NCBI GenBank assembly: GCA_903813345.2
Contig: CAIIXF020000001.1
Span: 14,508,001 to 14,572,000 of the forward strand
Direction of reading: 5' to 3'
DNA from: Owenia fusiformis
Taxonomy: Eukaryota
DNA: 64,000 nucleotides
Shown here: piece by piece, positions 27,433 to 41,900 of the stretch
Numbering within the stretch: position 1 is the stretch's first letter
Layout: every line of letters begins with the position of its first letter
The notes under the pieces: generated by a model
The model's input: only the letters and a program-made list of their open reading frames with translations
Database searches by the model: none
Told to the model about the DNA's origin: nothing
Translations under genes and position numbers: made by a program

Positions 27433-28289
27433 TATAAATTGACTGCCCGAGTCGCATAACCTCATAACCTGAGTCCATTGCGATGTCAAAAAAAGTAAAA
27501 TAGAGACCCGGGAATAGAGACTATGAACTATGTCTGTTAGATGTTAGGGGCAAAATCTCGTGCTCGTGTAGTTGTTTATTCACTTGTAAAGTAATTGGTA
27601 AGATACTTTGTACATTTTATATCCAAATGCCTTGGGTAAAACATGAGATACCTAGGAATAACATTCACATGTTAAACGTAATGTAAACATATTAAAATAA
27701 AATCATATTTTTCTGCCGAAACTAGGTTGTCCGTTTAACGGAACGAAGAAAGCAGCTTTTCGTACCCGTCCTTTGGAGCACCTCTTGTCATTGACAGCGA
27801 AAACAGAGCCTTGAATAATGGATTTAGCTAAGCTAATTCTGATTATTTTCTCATATCTCTTAATCTGTTCTCTCTGATATTTCCTTAGTCGACAGTTCGT
27901 GTGTTTGAACCTCTCACTTCTTTTATTTGATTATTTCAGGTCCATTAGTATCTATTCAATTACGGTTTTATCCATGACTCGTTCACACCAAATGTGTATA
28001 AAATATGTGTTAAAATAGGTTCTATAGTCTCCCGTCCGTCCCTAGTTTACACGTTATTGATAGTTTTGCACGTGATAATATCTAGTACTTGCATGTAAAG
28101 GAAGTGTAGGGCTGTAAGTTATTGCATAGACACTGACACTATTAATCAAAATGGGCAAAAAGCTTGTGAGAAAAAACAGTACAGCCTGTCTTAAGGAAAC
28201 AAACCCAATAACCCATATATAGTAATCTAACGAAAAGGCACTGTTCCTCCCTATATTCAAAATGACATAGTCGCAATTAAAATTAGTTA

Positions 28290-28920
28290 TCAGGAAACAA
28301 GAGAGCAACATGGATATACTCCAGGATGACCTTGACAAACTGGTCTCAGTGGGCAAATACATGGCAAATGAAATGCCATCCCTCAAAATGTACTGAGTAT
28401 TGACAGACGTAAATCACCCATCACACACAAGTACACTGTACACTATGTTAGGAGAAGAATTAAAATCTGTGACTCACATTCCATATCTAGGGATTGAAAT
28501 CAAGAACAACCTAAACTGGACAACACACATACAAACAGTAGTATCGAAATCTAACAAGGTACTATAGGCTTCCTCCGGCGCAACCTCCACCAGTGCCTAG
28601 AGAACATTAAAGCCAAGGCATATAAGTAACTAGAACGGCCAAATCTAGAATATAGTGCAGCATGAGTTCCTTACCGCCAGAAAGATATCAACATGCTGGA
28701 ACATGTACAAAGGAGAGCAGCCAGATTTGTTACCAGGCTGTGTCACCCAAGCTCTCCAATACCTACAGTGGGGATCACTATCCCGTAGGGAGGCTACTAG
28801 ACTTTCCCTCTTCTACAAAGGAACTCATCACAACTTAGCAGCCATGACTATACCTACGTCATACTTCAGCCCTCAAATAAACACAAACACTAGACAGTTG
28901 AAGTTCCATCCTGAGTTGAT
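28290..28920 (+). mobile_element. 5'-truncated LINE (CR1/L2 group) ORF2 C-terminal fragment with stops and frameshifts
   Basis: Translates in pieces ILQDDLDKL...PYLGIEIKNNLNWTTHIQTVVSKSNK..GFLRRNLHQC...RPNLEYS...LEHVQRRAARFVT. Confidence 0.88.
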
Positions 28921-28934
28921 TTAGACGGAACAAA

Positions 28935-29570
28935 ATTTAGGAGTTTTGGGCTTATTTGGCACCTTCTGAGCGATTCTTGGATCAAAATATATGATTTACG
29001 TATTTCAAAAAAATGAATTTTTAGGCTTATTTGGCGCATTCTGGGCAATTCTGTTGCATTCTTAGCAATTCTAGGATCAAAATATATGATTTACGTATTT
29101 TAAAAATCGAAATTTTAGGCTTACACGTTCTGAGCGATTCTAGGATCAAAATATATGATTTATTAAAAAGGGCATGCTCCCCTGAAAAAGTTAAGATTTT
29201 TGGGCTGATTTAGTGTTTTCTGGGCAATTCGAGGATCAAAATATATGTATATAAATTTATGTATTTAAATAAAAATTGAATATAGGCTTATTTGGCACCT
29301 TCTGAGCGATTAAAGGATCAAAATATATGATTAATTTCCGAATCATTTAGTTGCCTCGCTATTCTAGTAGTCAATTTGAGAATTTTATAAAAAGAAAGTG
29401 GCAATCACATCAAAATACACCGTACATATGTCACCAAATGTTACCTTCTACCTCGAAATGTCAGAAAATTCTTCAAGAAAGCAAAAAAGGTAGGTCCACA
29501 TTATTTTAGGAGATATTTGGGGGGGGCTCGCACGAGCCCCCCGAGCCCCCCCCCCCTGGCTACGGGCCTG
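28935..29570. mobile_element. Right part of a TIR element with short subterminal tandem repeats
   Basis: About five copies of ttt(a/g)ggcttatttggcaccttctgagcgattctaggatcaaaatatatg. Terminus cctggctacgggcctg, as at 85-100. Confidence 0.7.
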
Positions 29571-31049
29571 CTTGTAATGACGATTTAATACGGATAACAG
29601 ATATTTCTAAAAGGTTTTTTAAATGTGTACTTTTGAGCATGCGCAGTCGATATTATTATCTAAATAACAAACTTCGCGTAAATACGAAATCCAAAAGTAG
29701 AAATGGCGGGAAATTTCTCACCTTATTAGAAGGACTTTCAACCTCAAGTTCTATTTTTTAAATGTTAAGGTTCAAATTGTATTCTATTCAAATTATATCA
29801 GTGTTAAACTATATATCTGCTTTAAATGGGTGTATTAGCCTTTTGCGGATTATTGATGTAGATGTAGATGTAGAACATCATAGTTCCACCTAGATTAAAA
29901 GAGTTGATGTTTTAAATAATGTAGGGCAGACAAAATCAAAACCAAAAGTGTTTATCATCTCATTCCGTATATATAAATGTGTTTCATGTTATGGATAAAC
30001 AACCCACGTTGACTCTTGTGAAAGGTAAATGGCCCGTGATGTAATTAGTTTAGCTTCAATGCACTGTACATGTATGTAACAGTCCAGGTAGTGTTTAAAA
30101 TTTGATTTCGTTTGTGTTTACTTTTCAACTATTGAATGAGTGAATAGGTTGTAATTAGTTCAGCTTTAGTGCACTGCGTGAGACATTCAATCATCTTTTT
30201 GCCACACTGGTGTTGGATAGCTAGCCAAGTGAAAAAGAATGCACTCTTCTTTGTTACAACTGGTTTTTTTCAAATAAACTACAGTTCTTCGCATGTGGCT
30301 ACCTAAATGGAAAAGAAAATATTAGGTCCTTACTATCATTAAAGTATGAACTTTATTTTACCGAAATAACATCTCAAATAAAGTGAGGTATCATTGAAAT
30401 AATTCATACACTGGGCTCAATCAAAGTGTTGCCATGTTCACACAAAATAACATCCACAAAACACTGCAATATATTATAATCCATTTAATTCGCCCAAGTT
30501 GATCTACAAGACAGGTATCGAGACAGATTTTCATTTGAAAGCGACCTCCGTTTGAAAGCTTGACGTTTATTTGAAAACCTCTTCCTAGTGTATTTATATA
30601 TGTTCAGTGACTTTTTTAAACGCAATAGAATTTTAGGTTATTAGTTTTTGCCGATCTGTAGTTTATGTCAACTGTATACAATCCAACTAAGAGGCTTCAT
30701 TTATCATTTTCACCTTATCTAAGTTTATTAAAAGTGTGAAATTGAGCTGAGTTTGAAGTTCATCTCAAGCCTCATTTTACAATTTACACTTTGATCCCCC
30801 TTTGTCATCAATCAACAGAATCAATTCAATGAGAGTATAGTGTCCCTTTACAAAGACTTGTTTTGTTCCCGCTTTTATGGAATCTAACTCTGAGAGGGGT
30901 ATAATCGACTTTTGTGACGTAAAAAAATTAGTATTTTTACTAATTACTAACTAGCCTTTCTGTAACACAGGTGGGGATAATACTATAGTGCAAGCGAATG
31001 CAATTTTTTCCCAAAAAGTTACATTTTCTCGCATGCCTTCTATACAATG

Positions 31050-31690
31050 TACATCACTTGATATCACTAGAAAAACTGAAATTATATTTAACAGGTTAAA
31101 AGTGGACCTATTTTTTAAAAGTCAATTATTTGCTCATCATTTTACAAACATTGACTCACCAGCCTGCAACTGTGGTCATGAAAATGAAACCCCTACTCAT
31201 TTTTTCCTCAAATGCCCCCAATTTGTAAATGATAGAATCCAACTACTTATAGATCTCCATATTATTGGTTGTTTAGAAAAATTCTTAGATGCTAACTCTG
31301 TTAGCAAAGTAAATATGCTTTTGCATGGTAACAGCGAACTTAGTAATGAAGATAATACACTTCTGCTGAAAGCAACTTTAAAATTCCTAAAAGCAACCAA
31401 GATTGACGAACATGTATATTACACCATCCCATAATTTACACCACTGCATACCTTTTTTTGTAAAGCATTCCAATATCAGCTTTAATTGTACTTTTTCCTT
31501 TTTGTTTATATATGAATAGTTACGAATAATTGTAACAAATTTGCATTTGTTTTGCATATAAGTGTATGGTATATTTACTTCGAAGTTCAACACAAATGTT
31601 AATTGATTAAGTTTGTTGAATTTTCATTGTATGATATTAAATGTTATAATATATGAACTTGAAATAAAAATGATTAATAAAAAAAATACA
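31050..31690 (+). mobile_element. 3' end of a LINE (C-terminal Cys/His domain plus 3' UTR and A-rich tail)
   Basis: DSPACNCGHENETPTHFFLKCP...LLHGNSELSNEDN...FLKATK is the CxC..E...H..L.CP tail of CR1/L2-group ORF2. Ends aataaaaatgattaataaaaaaaa. Confidence 0.8.
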
Positions 31691-32281
31691 ATGTACAATG
31701 TTGATGTAGCAGAAATTAACAGTACCAATTAAGTAAGGGGAGTCCTTTTAAATGGCGTTAACTCTTATTGGCGTTTAATTAAAAGCAGTTGTCCACCACG
31801 GCTCGATTTGGAATTTTATTTAACTTATACTAATGAAAACAACGACACGGACAAACACTTTTTGCAGACGACAAATCTATACTCGAATTGTCAAATCAAC
31901 CCAAACTCATCTATTAAATAGAGGGCAGAACGTATACCAGAGACTTTATTGGTAAGTTGCATTTGACTTCGAGATTATGTAAACTTCTTCAGATGTAAAA
32001 GTGCAAAAAGGAAACACCTGCTGCATGGGCCCCCTAATAGGCGTACACCAAGTTAAACACAAACACAGTACGTATCGTTATAAAGATTTTACAATGTACA
32101 TTTGTGTTAAGTTCAAACAATTTTGATCCTTTTTTAAAAGCGACGTCTGATTATATTCTCCTGTCTTATGCTTCCAAATAATATTAAGTTGTTACAAAAC
32201 GCTAAGTTATGTTGCTTATCAGAATTATCAATTGTATCTCAACAGATTGTAGGAAGAAAGGAGTGTTGTCCACCGACCTAT

Positions 32282-32622
32282 AAATGTTGTCCTGATTTTC
32301 AACCCCTTCCACCCCTGATTTTACATTTTTTTATTGCATAAATATGTTGCATCATTTTGACATACAGTTAACCCCTTCAAAGGAAGGAATTCCTTTAGGG
32401 GTTTTAAAGATATCCAATATTGGTGACCAAAATTAAGCTGAAAGCAATGGATCACATGAGTTTTTCCCTATGGGAAAATAACCTGGAAATATTGTTTTCC
32501 ACTTATCAAAAGGGAATTACTTATTCCTTTGAAGGGGTTAACTGTGTGTCAAAACGCAACATACTGATGCAACAAAAATGAAAAAGCAGGGGTCGAAGGG
32601 GTTGAAAATCAGGACAACATTT
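32282..32622. mobile_element. Palindromic MITE
   Basis: aaatgttgtcctgattttcaacccctt... pairs with ...aaggggttgaaaatcaggacaacattt. Inverted arms of ~110 bp. Confidence 0.8.
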
Positions 32623-33455
32623 CAGAAAAATCATGTGAGTGGGTTGTTTGCATCTTACCTGTCTCAGAGTTGAAATTTTTTATCACCTCTATGAGTGCTT
32701 TTCCTGGATGTAATGCATTTGCCTTACATATGCACCTGTTAAAATCCTCAGAAAATAGCCAAAATCCAACATATGACTGTCCAAAATTTGTTGCGATACT
32801 TCCCCCCTTCAAAAGTAATGTTGTCCATTCTTATTTGTTACGCAAGAGTATTATGGTACCACCCTGCTGCAAACAACTGGGAGAGTGTAATGGGTAAGAA
32901 TACGTGTAATGACAGTTGCTGAAACTGTTGCTAAAATGGTGCAAGATAATGCTTTCGCATTATGATACTCATAGCATCTTTCTGTTTCACCTGAAACATC
33001 ATCTCAGGGCTGAGAAGATTTGAGATGTCATGGTTTATCATGATGGTGCTTTCGATTCGAACTAATATATAGGTCGGTGGATTGACTCAATAAATCAAAC
33101 CCCGGTGGTAAAGGGATGCTGTTGAAAAGCTTTTACTGATATTAGCTTATTAACCTTTTTAAGATTTACAAGTTATACGGGATAGACCTAAACATATTAT
33201 GATTGCTCATACTGACATTGATGTATCCCTTTCTTACAGAGGTATAAGTAACGTCATTGAATTCGTGCAATTGAATAAATGATGGGATGGGGCATATTTC
33301 TAATAAAGAATGTATACATTCATGATTCTTAATTGGACTGTCATGTTATTCTTTAATCAAGTGTGAATAGTTATTATGAAATTTATGATGTCAGAAGGAA
33401 TGTTATTGTGGTTAGTCATACTATCAAGTAATCGGAATGGGAACTAATGAACTTG

Positions 33456-33722
33456 TTGGTCGACGGGGAGGTCTGAAGACAATACTACAGTATAGTATTA
33501 CTTTGACAAAAAATAATAAAACAAAGGTACATCATCTTAAATGAATCGAAAAGATGAAGGCAATCCATTGTGTTGATTGTACCGTTTTGGTCGAGGGGGG
33601 TCTGGAAGACAGTACCAGAGTGTATGGTATTACTATTACAAAAAATAATAAACAAATTAAGTACATCTCAAATGAATCGAAAAAAACTTCAGGATTTTTA
33701 CCAAGGCAATCCATTGCGTTGA
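33456..33722 (+). repeat. Two-copy ~130-bp direct repeat
   Basis: ttggtcga.ggg...gaagac...acaaaaaataataaa...aaatgaatcgaaaa...aaggcaatccattg.gttgat at 33456 and 33587. Confidence 0.75.
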
Positions 33723-34252
33723 TCCATTATTCAAATAAAATATTCGCCCTGGTTTCAAGGGCACTCAAGGCATAAATATAAATAGTTGACATAACAACCC
33801 ATGTATTTGTGGGCAAAATATAATGATACAATCTTTATAAGCATTACATAATGTTACATAATCGTACATAATAATTACGTAACTATACTCAAAGTTATTT
33901 TTGCAAATAGGGTTAAAAACCGGCTACTAGCAAGAGTAGCGAGATAGCCCATATTTTATCTCCTCATCTTACCATGTCGTGCCTATTTGCTAAAAGACCA
34001 ACAGTTCTGACTTTATTTTAGGATATTCATTAAAAGAATGGGTCGCCTTCTAGTTCAATTCCATGAATTTGAAACATCAGAGATACGTATGATACGTATC
34101 TGAAACATCGTAGATCTCCAATAACTTTTATATTCAGATATAGATATGATCAGATAGCTGAGAAAATAAAGTTAGAATTGTGAGAACAATATCGACATGC
34201 ATCTTGTAAAGATTACTGCCAATATCTCACTTTTTATTCCCTCTGACTCTTT

Positions 34253-35250
34253 CATTGCACAGAATTGGTCGAATAGCCGATATATGTCATTCATTGATTA
34301 AACATGACGTCATATTTGAGATCTTAAGATAAATCTGACGTCATGACGTCAGTGCCATAGAAACTGAGATTGTCTTATTTTATTTTGACGTCATTCCAAT
34401 GTAATGAGCCATTTGTTTGAAATGGGCCGAAAAGTTAAAGGTATGAGGATTCTAATCTCAACGGAATCAAACAGATCTACCTTCAAAGTTACAGAAACCT
34501 GAGATTACTAAGATACCATATGATTTTAAGTACCTCTACCAGACCGTTGAATATCCTCATTTCACCATTTTGACGCCATTTCTAATGGATTTCAATGGAG
34601 TCATGCATGAATTCCTCATGATTTTTTCAAAACAAATGGGCCGAAAAGTGTGCATGTGTACATTGCTTTAAACATGTTAAATCAGTAAAGGTTGATGTCT
34701 AGTTATAGAAACCTGAGATTACTAAGGTGGCAAATCAATATCATTCGCACAGTAAGCTTTTATCATTTGGAGGTAATTTTGTATGGAAAATAATGGCGTC
34801 ATACATCAGATATGTTGAATTTGGATAATTCCAAAATTATTTCGCCGAAAAGTGTTTTGTGCCAGTAATTTACTCTAAATGGATTTGGAAAATTCGTCTT
34901 TCAACTTAACAGAAACCTGAGATGAATAAGGCTTCACGTGTATTTTACTACTCCTACCACACCGTTGAAGTTTACTCCTTTCATCATTTTGACGTCATTT
35001 TGCATTGACTTCAATGGCGTAATAGGTGATTTTTGTTAATTTATTTCAAAGTTATTTCGCCGAAAATTTTCGACACCTAGATTGTTCAAAGTGGGTTAGA
35101 TTGATAGGCATTAGTACCTAGTTACAGGAACCTGAGATGAATAAGGTGCCATTTCAAAGTCCCGCGTTCTGTTAACGTTCAAAAGTTTTCAACTGAGGAA
35201 ATCCCATTGACTTTTAAAAACCGGAAGTCAAGGTTTTGCGCATGCGCATT
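34253..35250 (+). mobile_element. TIR element (CATTGCACAGAATT end) with internal ~200-bp tandem units
   Basis: Starts cattgcacagaattgg; a recurrent a(g/a)aacctgagat unit follows. 34253-34757 is a near-identical inverted copy of 37434-37959. Confidence 0.75.
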
Positions 35251-36360
35251 GTATTTTTGGAAAAACACATTGCTATATAAGAATCAAGACCTATACTACT
35301 TATCTTATTTTGCTCCAACAATCGAATGGGACACTGTCTGTTTCAATTATGAACATAACATTACATCATACTATGAATCCCATTTTATTTCATTCTGGTC
35401 CTTGTGTTTAAGGAGTTATTTATCGTTAATACAATACAATATAATATATCCTCTCTCGATCGGATACGATGACCCCCAATTTTGTTCCCTTTTTGGACCC
35501 TTTTCATGGAATTCCCTTTTATTGGGATCTACTGTATGCGTCAATATTCTCAATACGTATCTCTCTTTGAACATTGGTACTAGCACGTTCATGCATCAAG
35601 GCTACTTGCCTTGCCCTTTTATTTTTTCCTCCAGACGATCTATTTCAGAATCTATCAAGTTTAGAAAAGGAAGAATTCGAGTCTAGGAGTCTAGTTTAGG
35701 GGACATTAACATGCAATTCTGTGTATGTAAGTATTAAAATGTCAAGTGATTATATATGTCAATACATTGCATTGATTATAATTCAATCACTCACAGATCG
35801 GCTTTAAATAAGGTTGTAAATGACTTCTTAATGAGTCTATGTAAATCAATTATTTCATCTGTCCGATACTGTTTATTTTCCAGACAGCTTCAAAAGAGAA
35901 ACATTCCATGCCAAATGGACAGTATCAACGAGGTCGAAAAAATAAGGTGGACAAATTATTTTAGTTTTCGGTTAACCATCTAAACAAATTAGGAAGATGA
36001 TTTCAAAATAATTTAGTTCAGTAGATTTCTCTGTAATGTATCCTCCCCTTCTTTTGTACATACCTTGCATTTGAATTGTATGGAAGTCAATGGGAAGTAA
36101 GCGGGCAACATCCATCGATACCATAAGATACTACATGAAAAATCTCTAAAAACATTCCAAAAAACATTACTAGTCATGTTGTTATCCAAATATATCTCAT
36201 GTCACTGAATATCAGAAACAGTGTCTATAACATTATTTTTCACTTACTAATTTCAACATAGATTTTGATATGATGAAACGAATCTGTAATGTTAATTTTG
36301 ATTGAGTTGTGTGTTTCTATACCTTTGTATTGGTAATGTATTTAAATGTTTAATTATTTG

Positions 36361-38113
36361 TTATACCCCCACCACATAGTGTGGGGCCATATTGACGGCC
36401 TAGGCGCCTCCGTCTGTCTGTCCGTCCGTCCGTCCGTACGTCCGGCAGTTTTCTCCAAAACCGCTACAGATATCACCTTCAAATTTTCAGGGATAACTTA
36501 TGAGTGCATACAGATGTGGATGAAAAAAATTTAACTCGATACCAACTTCCTGTCGGCCATTTTGAAGTCAAATGCTAAAATCCTTGTCTGCAAACGGCTT
36601 CACGGTTGCTTTTAAAACTTTAATATCTTGTTCGGCTCACTTCATTCTACATCTGATTAGGTTTTGGACCTGTTAGCTCAGTCATGTCAGCCATTTTGAA
36701 TGTCTTAAGAAAAGTTAGCGCGCGATAATACTTTCTATCATATTGAATGGTGTTTTTGAGTTTTCATACTTTAACTTTTCAGTAGCTTTATAAATAATTT
36801 CAGGTGTACTTTGTCGTAAAAGTCTATGTTATTGTTAACAGTTATATGTGGTAATTTTGTAAAAGGAAATAAGCAAAAACTCATAATCACTTTTTTATTG
36901 TCGGCCATTTTGGATTTTTCAGTCCTAAAATCTTGTCTGTAAAGTCTTGTCTACGCGTTTTCAGGTGAACCGTTTGGTAGATCAATTTCAAATTTTCAGG
37001 GATGATTCTTAGTATGAAAATCTAGATCTGATTAGTTTTTTGGCATTCTGGATAAATGTCAAAGCAGCCATTTTGGATTTTCCGTCTTAAAATCTTGCCT
37101 GTAAAGTCTTGTTTACGCGTTTTTAGGTGAACCGTTTGGTAGATCAATTTCGAATTTTCAGGGATGATTCTTTGTATGAAAATCTAGAACTGATTAGTTT
37201 TTTGACATTCTGGGTAAATGTCAAGGCAGCCATTTTGGATTTTCCATCCTAAATCTTGTCTGTAAAGTCTTGTTTACATGTTTTCTGGTTAACTGTTTGA
37301 CGGATCAATTTCAAATTTTCAGGTGTGGTGTGGTCATTGCACAGAATTTGTCCAGGTTACTGCGCATGCGCAGAACCATTACTTCCGGTTTTCCGAAGCC
37401 TATGGGATTTATAATGGAGACATTTTACGAACGCTTACTGTGCGAATGATATTGATTTGCCACCTTAGTAATCTCAGGTTTCTATAACTAGACATCAACC
37501 TTTACTGATTTAACATGTTTTAAGCAATGTACACATGCACACTTTTGGCCCATTTGTTTTGAAAAAATCATGAGGAATTCATGCATGACTCCATTGAAAT
37601 CCATTAGAAATGGCGTCAAAATGGTGAAATGAGGATATTCAACGGTCTGGTAGAGGTACTTAAAATCATATGGTATCTTAGTAATCTCAGGTTTTCTGTA
37701 ACTTTGAAGGTAGATCTGTTTGATTCCGTTGGGATTAGAATCCTCATACCTTTAACTTTTCGGCCCACTTCAAACAAAATATGATAACTTTTGGTGATAT
37801 AGGTTCATTACATTGGAATGACGTCAAAATAAAATAAGACAATCTCAGTTTCTATGGCACTGACGTCATGACGTCAGTTTTATCTTAAGATCTCAAATAT
37901 GACGTCATGTTTAATCAATGAATGACATCTATCGGCTATTCGACCAATTCTGTGCAATGTATTTTTTGGCATTCTGAGTAAATTTTAAGGTGGCCATTTT
38001 GGATTTTCCGTCCTCAAATTGTGTCTATAAAGTCTTGTCTTCTCATTTTCAGGAGAACCATTGGACGGGATCACCCATTGGTGGGGACATTTTGTACACA
38101 TTTGTGTTCTTGT
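36361..38113 (+). mobile_element. Helentron-associated (HINE/pearl-like) non-autonomous element with ~170-bp core repeats
   Basis: 5' ttatacccccacca..., a (GTCY)n microsatellite at 36412-36442, tandem gccattttggattt... cores, a 3' subterminal IR tggtggggac, and a short hairpin before a T-run. Confidence 0.75.
37335..37959 (-). mobile_element. Complete 625-bp TIR element nested in the HINE-like element
   Basis: Perfect 14-bp TIR cattgcacagaatt / aattctgtgcaatg. Inverted homologue of 34253-35250. Confidence 0.8.
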
Positions 38114-38944
38114 TTTATTTTTTGGAATAATATTTAGATAAAAAAAATGACACCGTATATCAATTCTAACAATTCAACATTGCACTTGCAAGATCATTTT
38201 TCTATTCAAACAGTTCAGCTTTCTGGATGTTGTATCATTTCATCATTGATATCATTTCCTTTGTTTTATAGTCTTTATATACGCGTGTCCCTTGAACTCT
38301 TGACATTAGGGCGGTTAAGCTACACGATTTCAATAGTACGTGAACGTGTATAATTATGGTCCTCTAGGGGTACAATTTCCCCTATGTAGTACTTATTTGC
38401 CCGCTTGAGTATATAGGTATAAGGAAAATAGTTGCATTTAGGTACTTAGAAAAGAAATGAGAAGGAGACAGTTAATCTCTGGGGGTCATAATATAACACG
38501 TTCGTGTACAGGTTCTCTTGAAAACGTGTAGCTTAACCTCCGTATTATCTGGATGACGATGCGATGTGCCAAGAGACTTTCTTTGACAACAGTTATACTG
38601 ATAAATACGACCTACATTAATTATTAACATGACATTTATCTACGTGGATATGACAAGGGGATGTTCCATCACCGACAGAGATTTGGATTTTATACCAAAT
38701 ATAAGGGACAAACACAGGTTGAATCGACTTACATCGGGACCCAGATATATATTCGATATCTGATATTTACAGTAGATTGCGATCGTCTTCAAATCAATTT
38801 TATGTACACTATTACCCAATGGTTTAGACCTCAGTAATTCAACGTGTCAAACTTCGTGACATAATGGTAGAATGATGAAGATCGTGACGTCTAATAGTAG
38901 TTACGTTCACTTAGAACCTTAATTATAAATGGATTGGAAGCAGT

Positions 38945-41900
38945 ATGGTTCGCTACGAAACAACTCTGCTTACGATTGGCTTTGGAAGTCTTGTCATATT
39001 CAGCCGCATAGGAACGTTCGTTTTCACCCCTCTGTGGATTGATTCCTTGACATCTTGCAACGGAACAGTTGCCAATACTTCAATGGTACCATCGTACCGA
39101 CGTATAGACACCTTTTTTATTGTGCTATCACAGGGCGTTTCATGCACATCAATCTTCGGAGTATTGTTGCTATTTGTTCTTGTATTTTTCCCCAATAAGA
39201 TCTCAGAGGTGGAATGGAAATATCCCAAACGCCAGTTCCTCATCCCAGGTACTGCAATGACATTATCAGCCATTCTAGGAAATGCTGCACTAAGTGGGAA
39301 AAGAACAGCTCCATATCTTGCTTCCGTTCTGAGCAACTTCAATATTCCCATTACTTTTGTGATAAGGTAAGTCAAAGTCTATACAGTAGGGAGTTTAAGA
39401 TTAGCGTAAATAACCCATTTACCTATGCACTGGTGATCCACTCGATTACGCTGGTTACCAAAACGAGCCGTTTTGGTAACAAAATGTCGGAACGTCGTAC
39501 GATTTTTCTCGTTTCCTTTTTTCACGCGTTGTAGGCAGAATCCCAACGACGTTTTTTCTCACAACGTGTATCAGTAACATATCTTTTAGAAAATGTACAT
39601 GTTTGTGAAAAATAGACGATTCTGTTGAACTATTTGTTCGCAAATATGTACACTTTCTTAAAACATATGATACTGATACACGTTTGTGTTAAAAAATGTC
39701 GTGGGAATTCTGCCTACAACGTGTGAAATAAGGAAACGAGAAAAATCGTACCTTCGATGTTCCGACATCTTGTTACCAAAACGAACCGTTTTGGTAACCA
39801 GCGTAATCGAGTGGATCACCAGTGCTTTACCTATGAGTAGTTTGTTATTACACTAAGCGGTATTTTACCTAAGTTACAGGGTTGACCGAAGATAGGTAAT
39901 TCGAAAAAGTATGTTTTTATCCAACAAATTATGTCATTTCTATATCAAGTATTATCCATTAAACTTTAAAATAGTAACAACAATCATTTCTCAATCGATT
40001 TGCATAACAATTAAGTGGTCGAACACATTCATTGATGCGATAAACAATGCCATGTGATGATGCATGAAATTGTTGAATTTACACATTCTTCATCAGTTTT
40101 GCTTATTGTAAATGTACATAAATCAGCCATTTTCTCGTGCTTTTAATTGTTTAACTTTACTATTTGGTCACTCTCATTGCTGGATCTTAAGTCACTGCCC
40201 CATTAGCGGGCCCACAAGCAACACCCCCTCCCAACTACAGTAGCAACACCCGAGCTCTCTGAAGTATATATAACAGTTCTTGGAGGTGACATGTACTGTT
40301 ATATGCCATATAAGCCATCGCATGGTTTTCATTCTACAATTAGAATGTTAATTTTATCATAAATTGTAGCATGCGGTTTCGTAGCCTTTTACGTTAATCT
40401 TAAACTTATTTTGCAATACGCATTACCTACGTATCCGTAACAAACATACGGAAAGGGATAGGTACACGTATATTTTTACGCTAATCTTAATCTCCCTATT
40501 GTGACAAAATAGTCTTATTTTGCCATTAACATAAAGCTAGTGTCGTTTATTGTTACACAAATATTCAATGTAATTGTAAGTGCAAGCCCTGATTTTTGAT
40601 TCCAGATTCATAATTCTAAGGAAAAGACCAACCCTTAAGAAACTGTTATGTGCTATTGTTGTCTCTTTATCTGAGTTCATGTGTCTCATTCCGAGTATTT
40701 TTCCCTCTTTGGAGACAAGTAGCCAGCACCAACAGGATGGAGGGGCACAAGGAGTAGCAGGTGTGTTGTGGCCTCTCTGCTTTGTTTCGTCAATGGTAAG
40801 ATTGGCCTTATTTTAGCCCTGAGGCTAATAGTTTTTATCGTAACTTTGTAAGGTGAGTTTGTTAGGCGGTCAGTGTGTGATGACGTCGGCTCGCTTTCTG
40901 TCCGTACATTTCCAGGAAAAGTGAGCGACAGATTAATTCGACTGGTAATTAATCTCGGTCACTGCGTTCCCTCGGGAAATATTGATATCATTCTTGTGAT
41001 ATTCCCCTTATCATATCCCTCCTGGTGAATAATTACTTTTTTATCCTATGGATACGAAATATATATAGAGGATATCCTATGAGTTTATGCTCGTGCAGAT
41101 ATCAATAACCATGAGTGGATTAAAATCATATCACGAGTAAATCATAGGATGTTCTTTTTATTCCATAGTTAAAGTCATCATCTGAATCGTCGGAAATTAA
41201 GTCATTTAATTCGAATTTTCCAAACGATCCGGCGATGTTGACACTTAGCCTCGTTTTGAGTCTGAAGTAGCAAAAATCCATAAACCATTGCATACGACGT
41301 CGTATGTCATGGCTAAAAAACCGTATGCTATGGTTAAGTGAAAATTTGTCAAAAATATCATATTTTACCACTGATTACAAAAATACCGTTTTTATTTTCA
41401 CATGTTATCCTATGAATATCATGCTAACTATGGAATAAATGGGGATAACGACATAAGATAGTTTTGGTATGCGGCACTAAAATCGTATCCGACTGATATG
41501 ACGTGATATTCAATCGTATCTGACGGATACTATTTTTTCATTAGTTTTGAATTTAGCGCCGAAAATTGTTTGACAAGTATAGCAGCCTTGCCTAATATTG
41601 AACTTCCAGAATATAGTTCCAAACATTATGTGCTCATTAAAATAATTTAAATGTTTTCATGCAATCACTTTATTCGGTTTACAATGTAGGACCCGAACAC
41701 AATAAAAAACGAGATATTATATTATATTGTATTTCATACCTACTGAGGTTCTAGGTACATAACGAGCGGGAATATATAGTGTATCTAGGGACAGGGATGG
41801 ATACACGCACGCTGTATCCATCCCGGTCCCGGCCCTGAAATTTTTTTTCAAAATTTTTTTCAATTTTTTTCCATTTTTTTCAATTTTTTTTTTAAATTTT

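Noticed and set aside
30988-31434. 148-aa ORF as a host zinc-finger gene
   Set aside because: It is the C-terminal Cys/His tail of a truncated LINE ORF2, with a non-ATG start and an A-rich tail downstream.
35207-35686. 159-aa ORF
   Set aside because: Non-ATG start inside a repeat terminus, composition typical of random AT-rich sequence, no recognisable domain.
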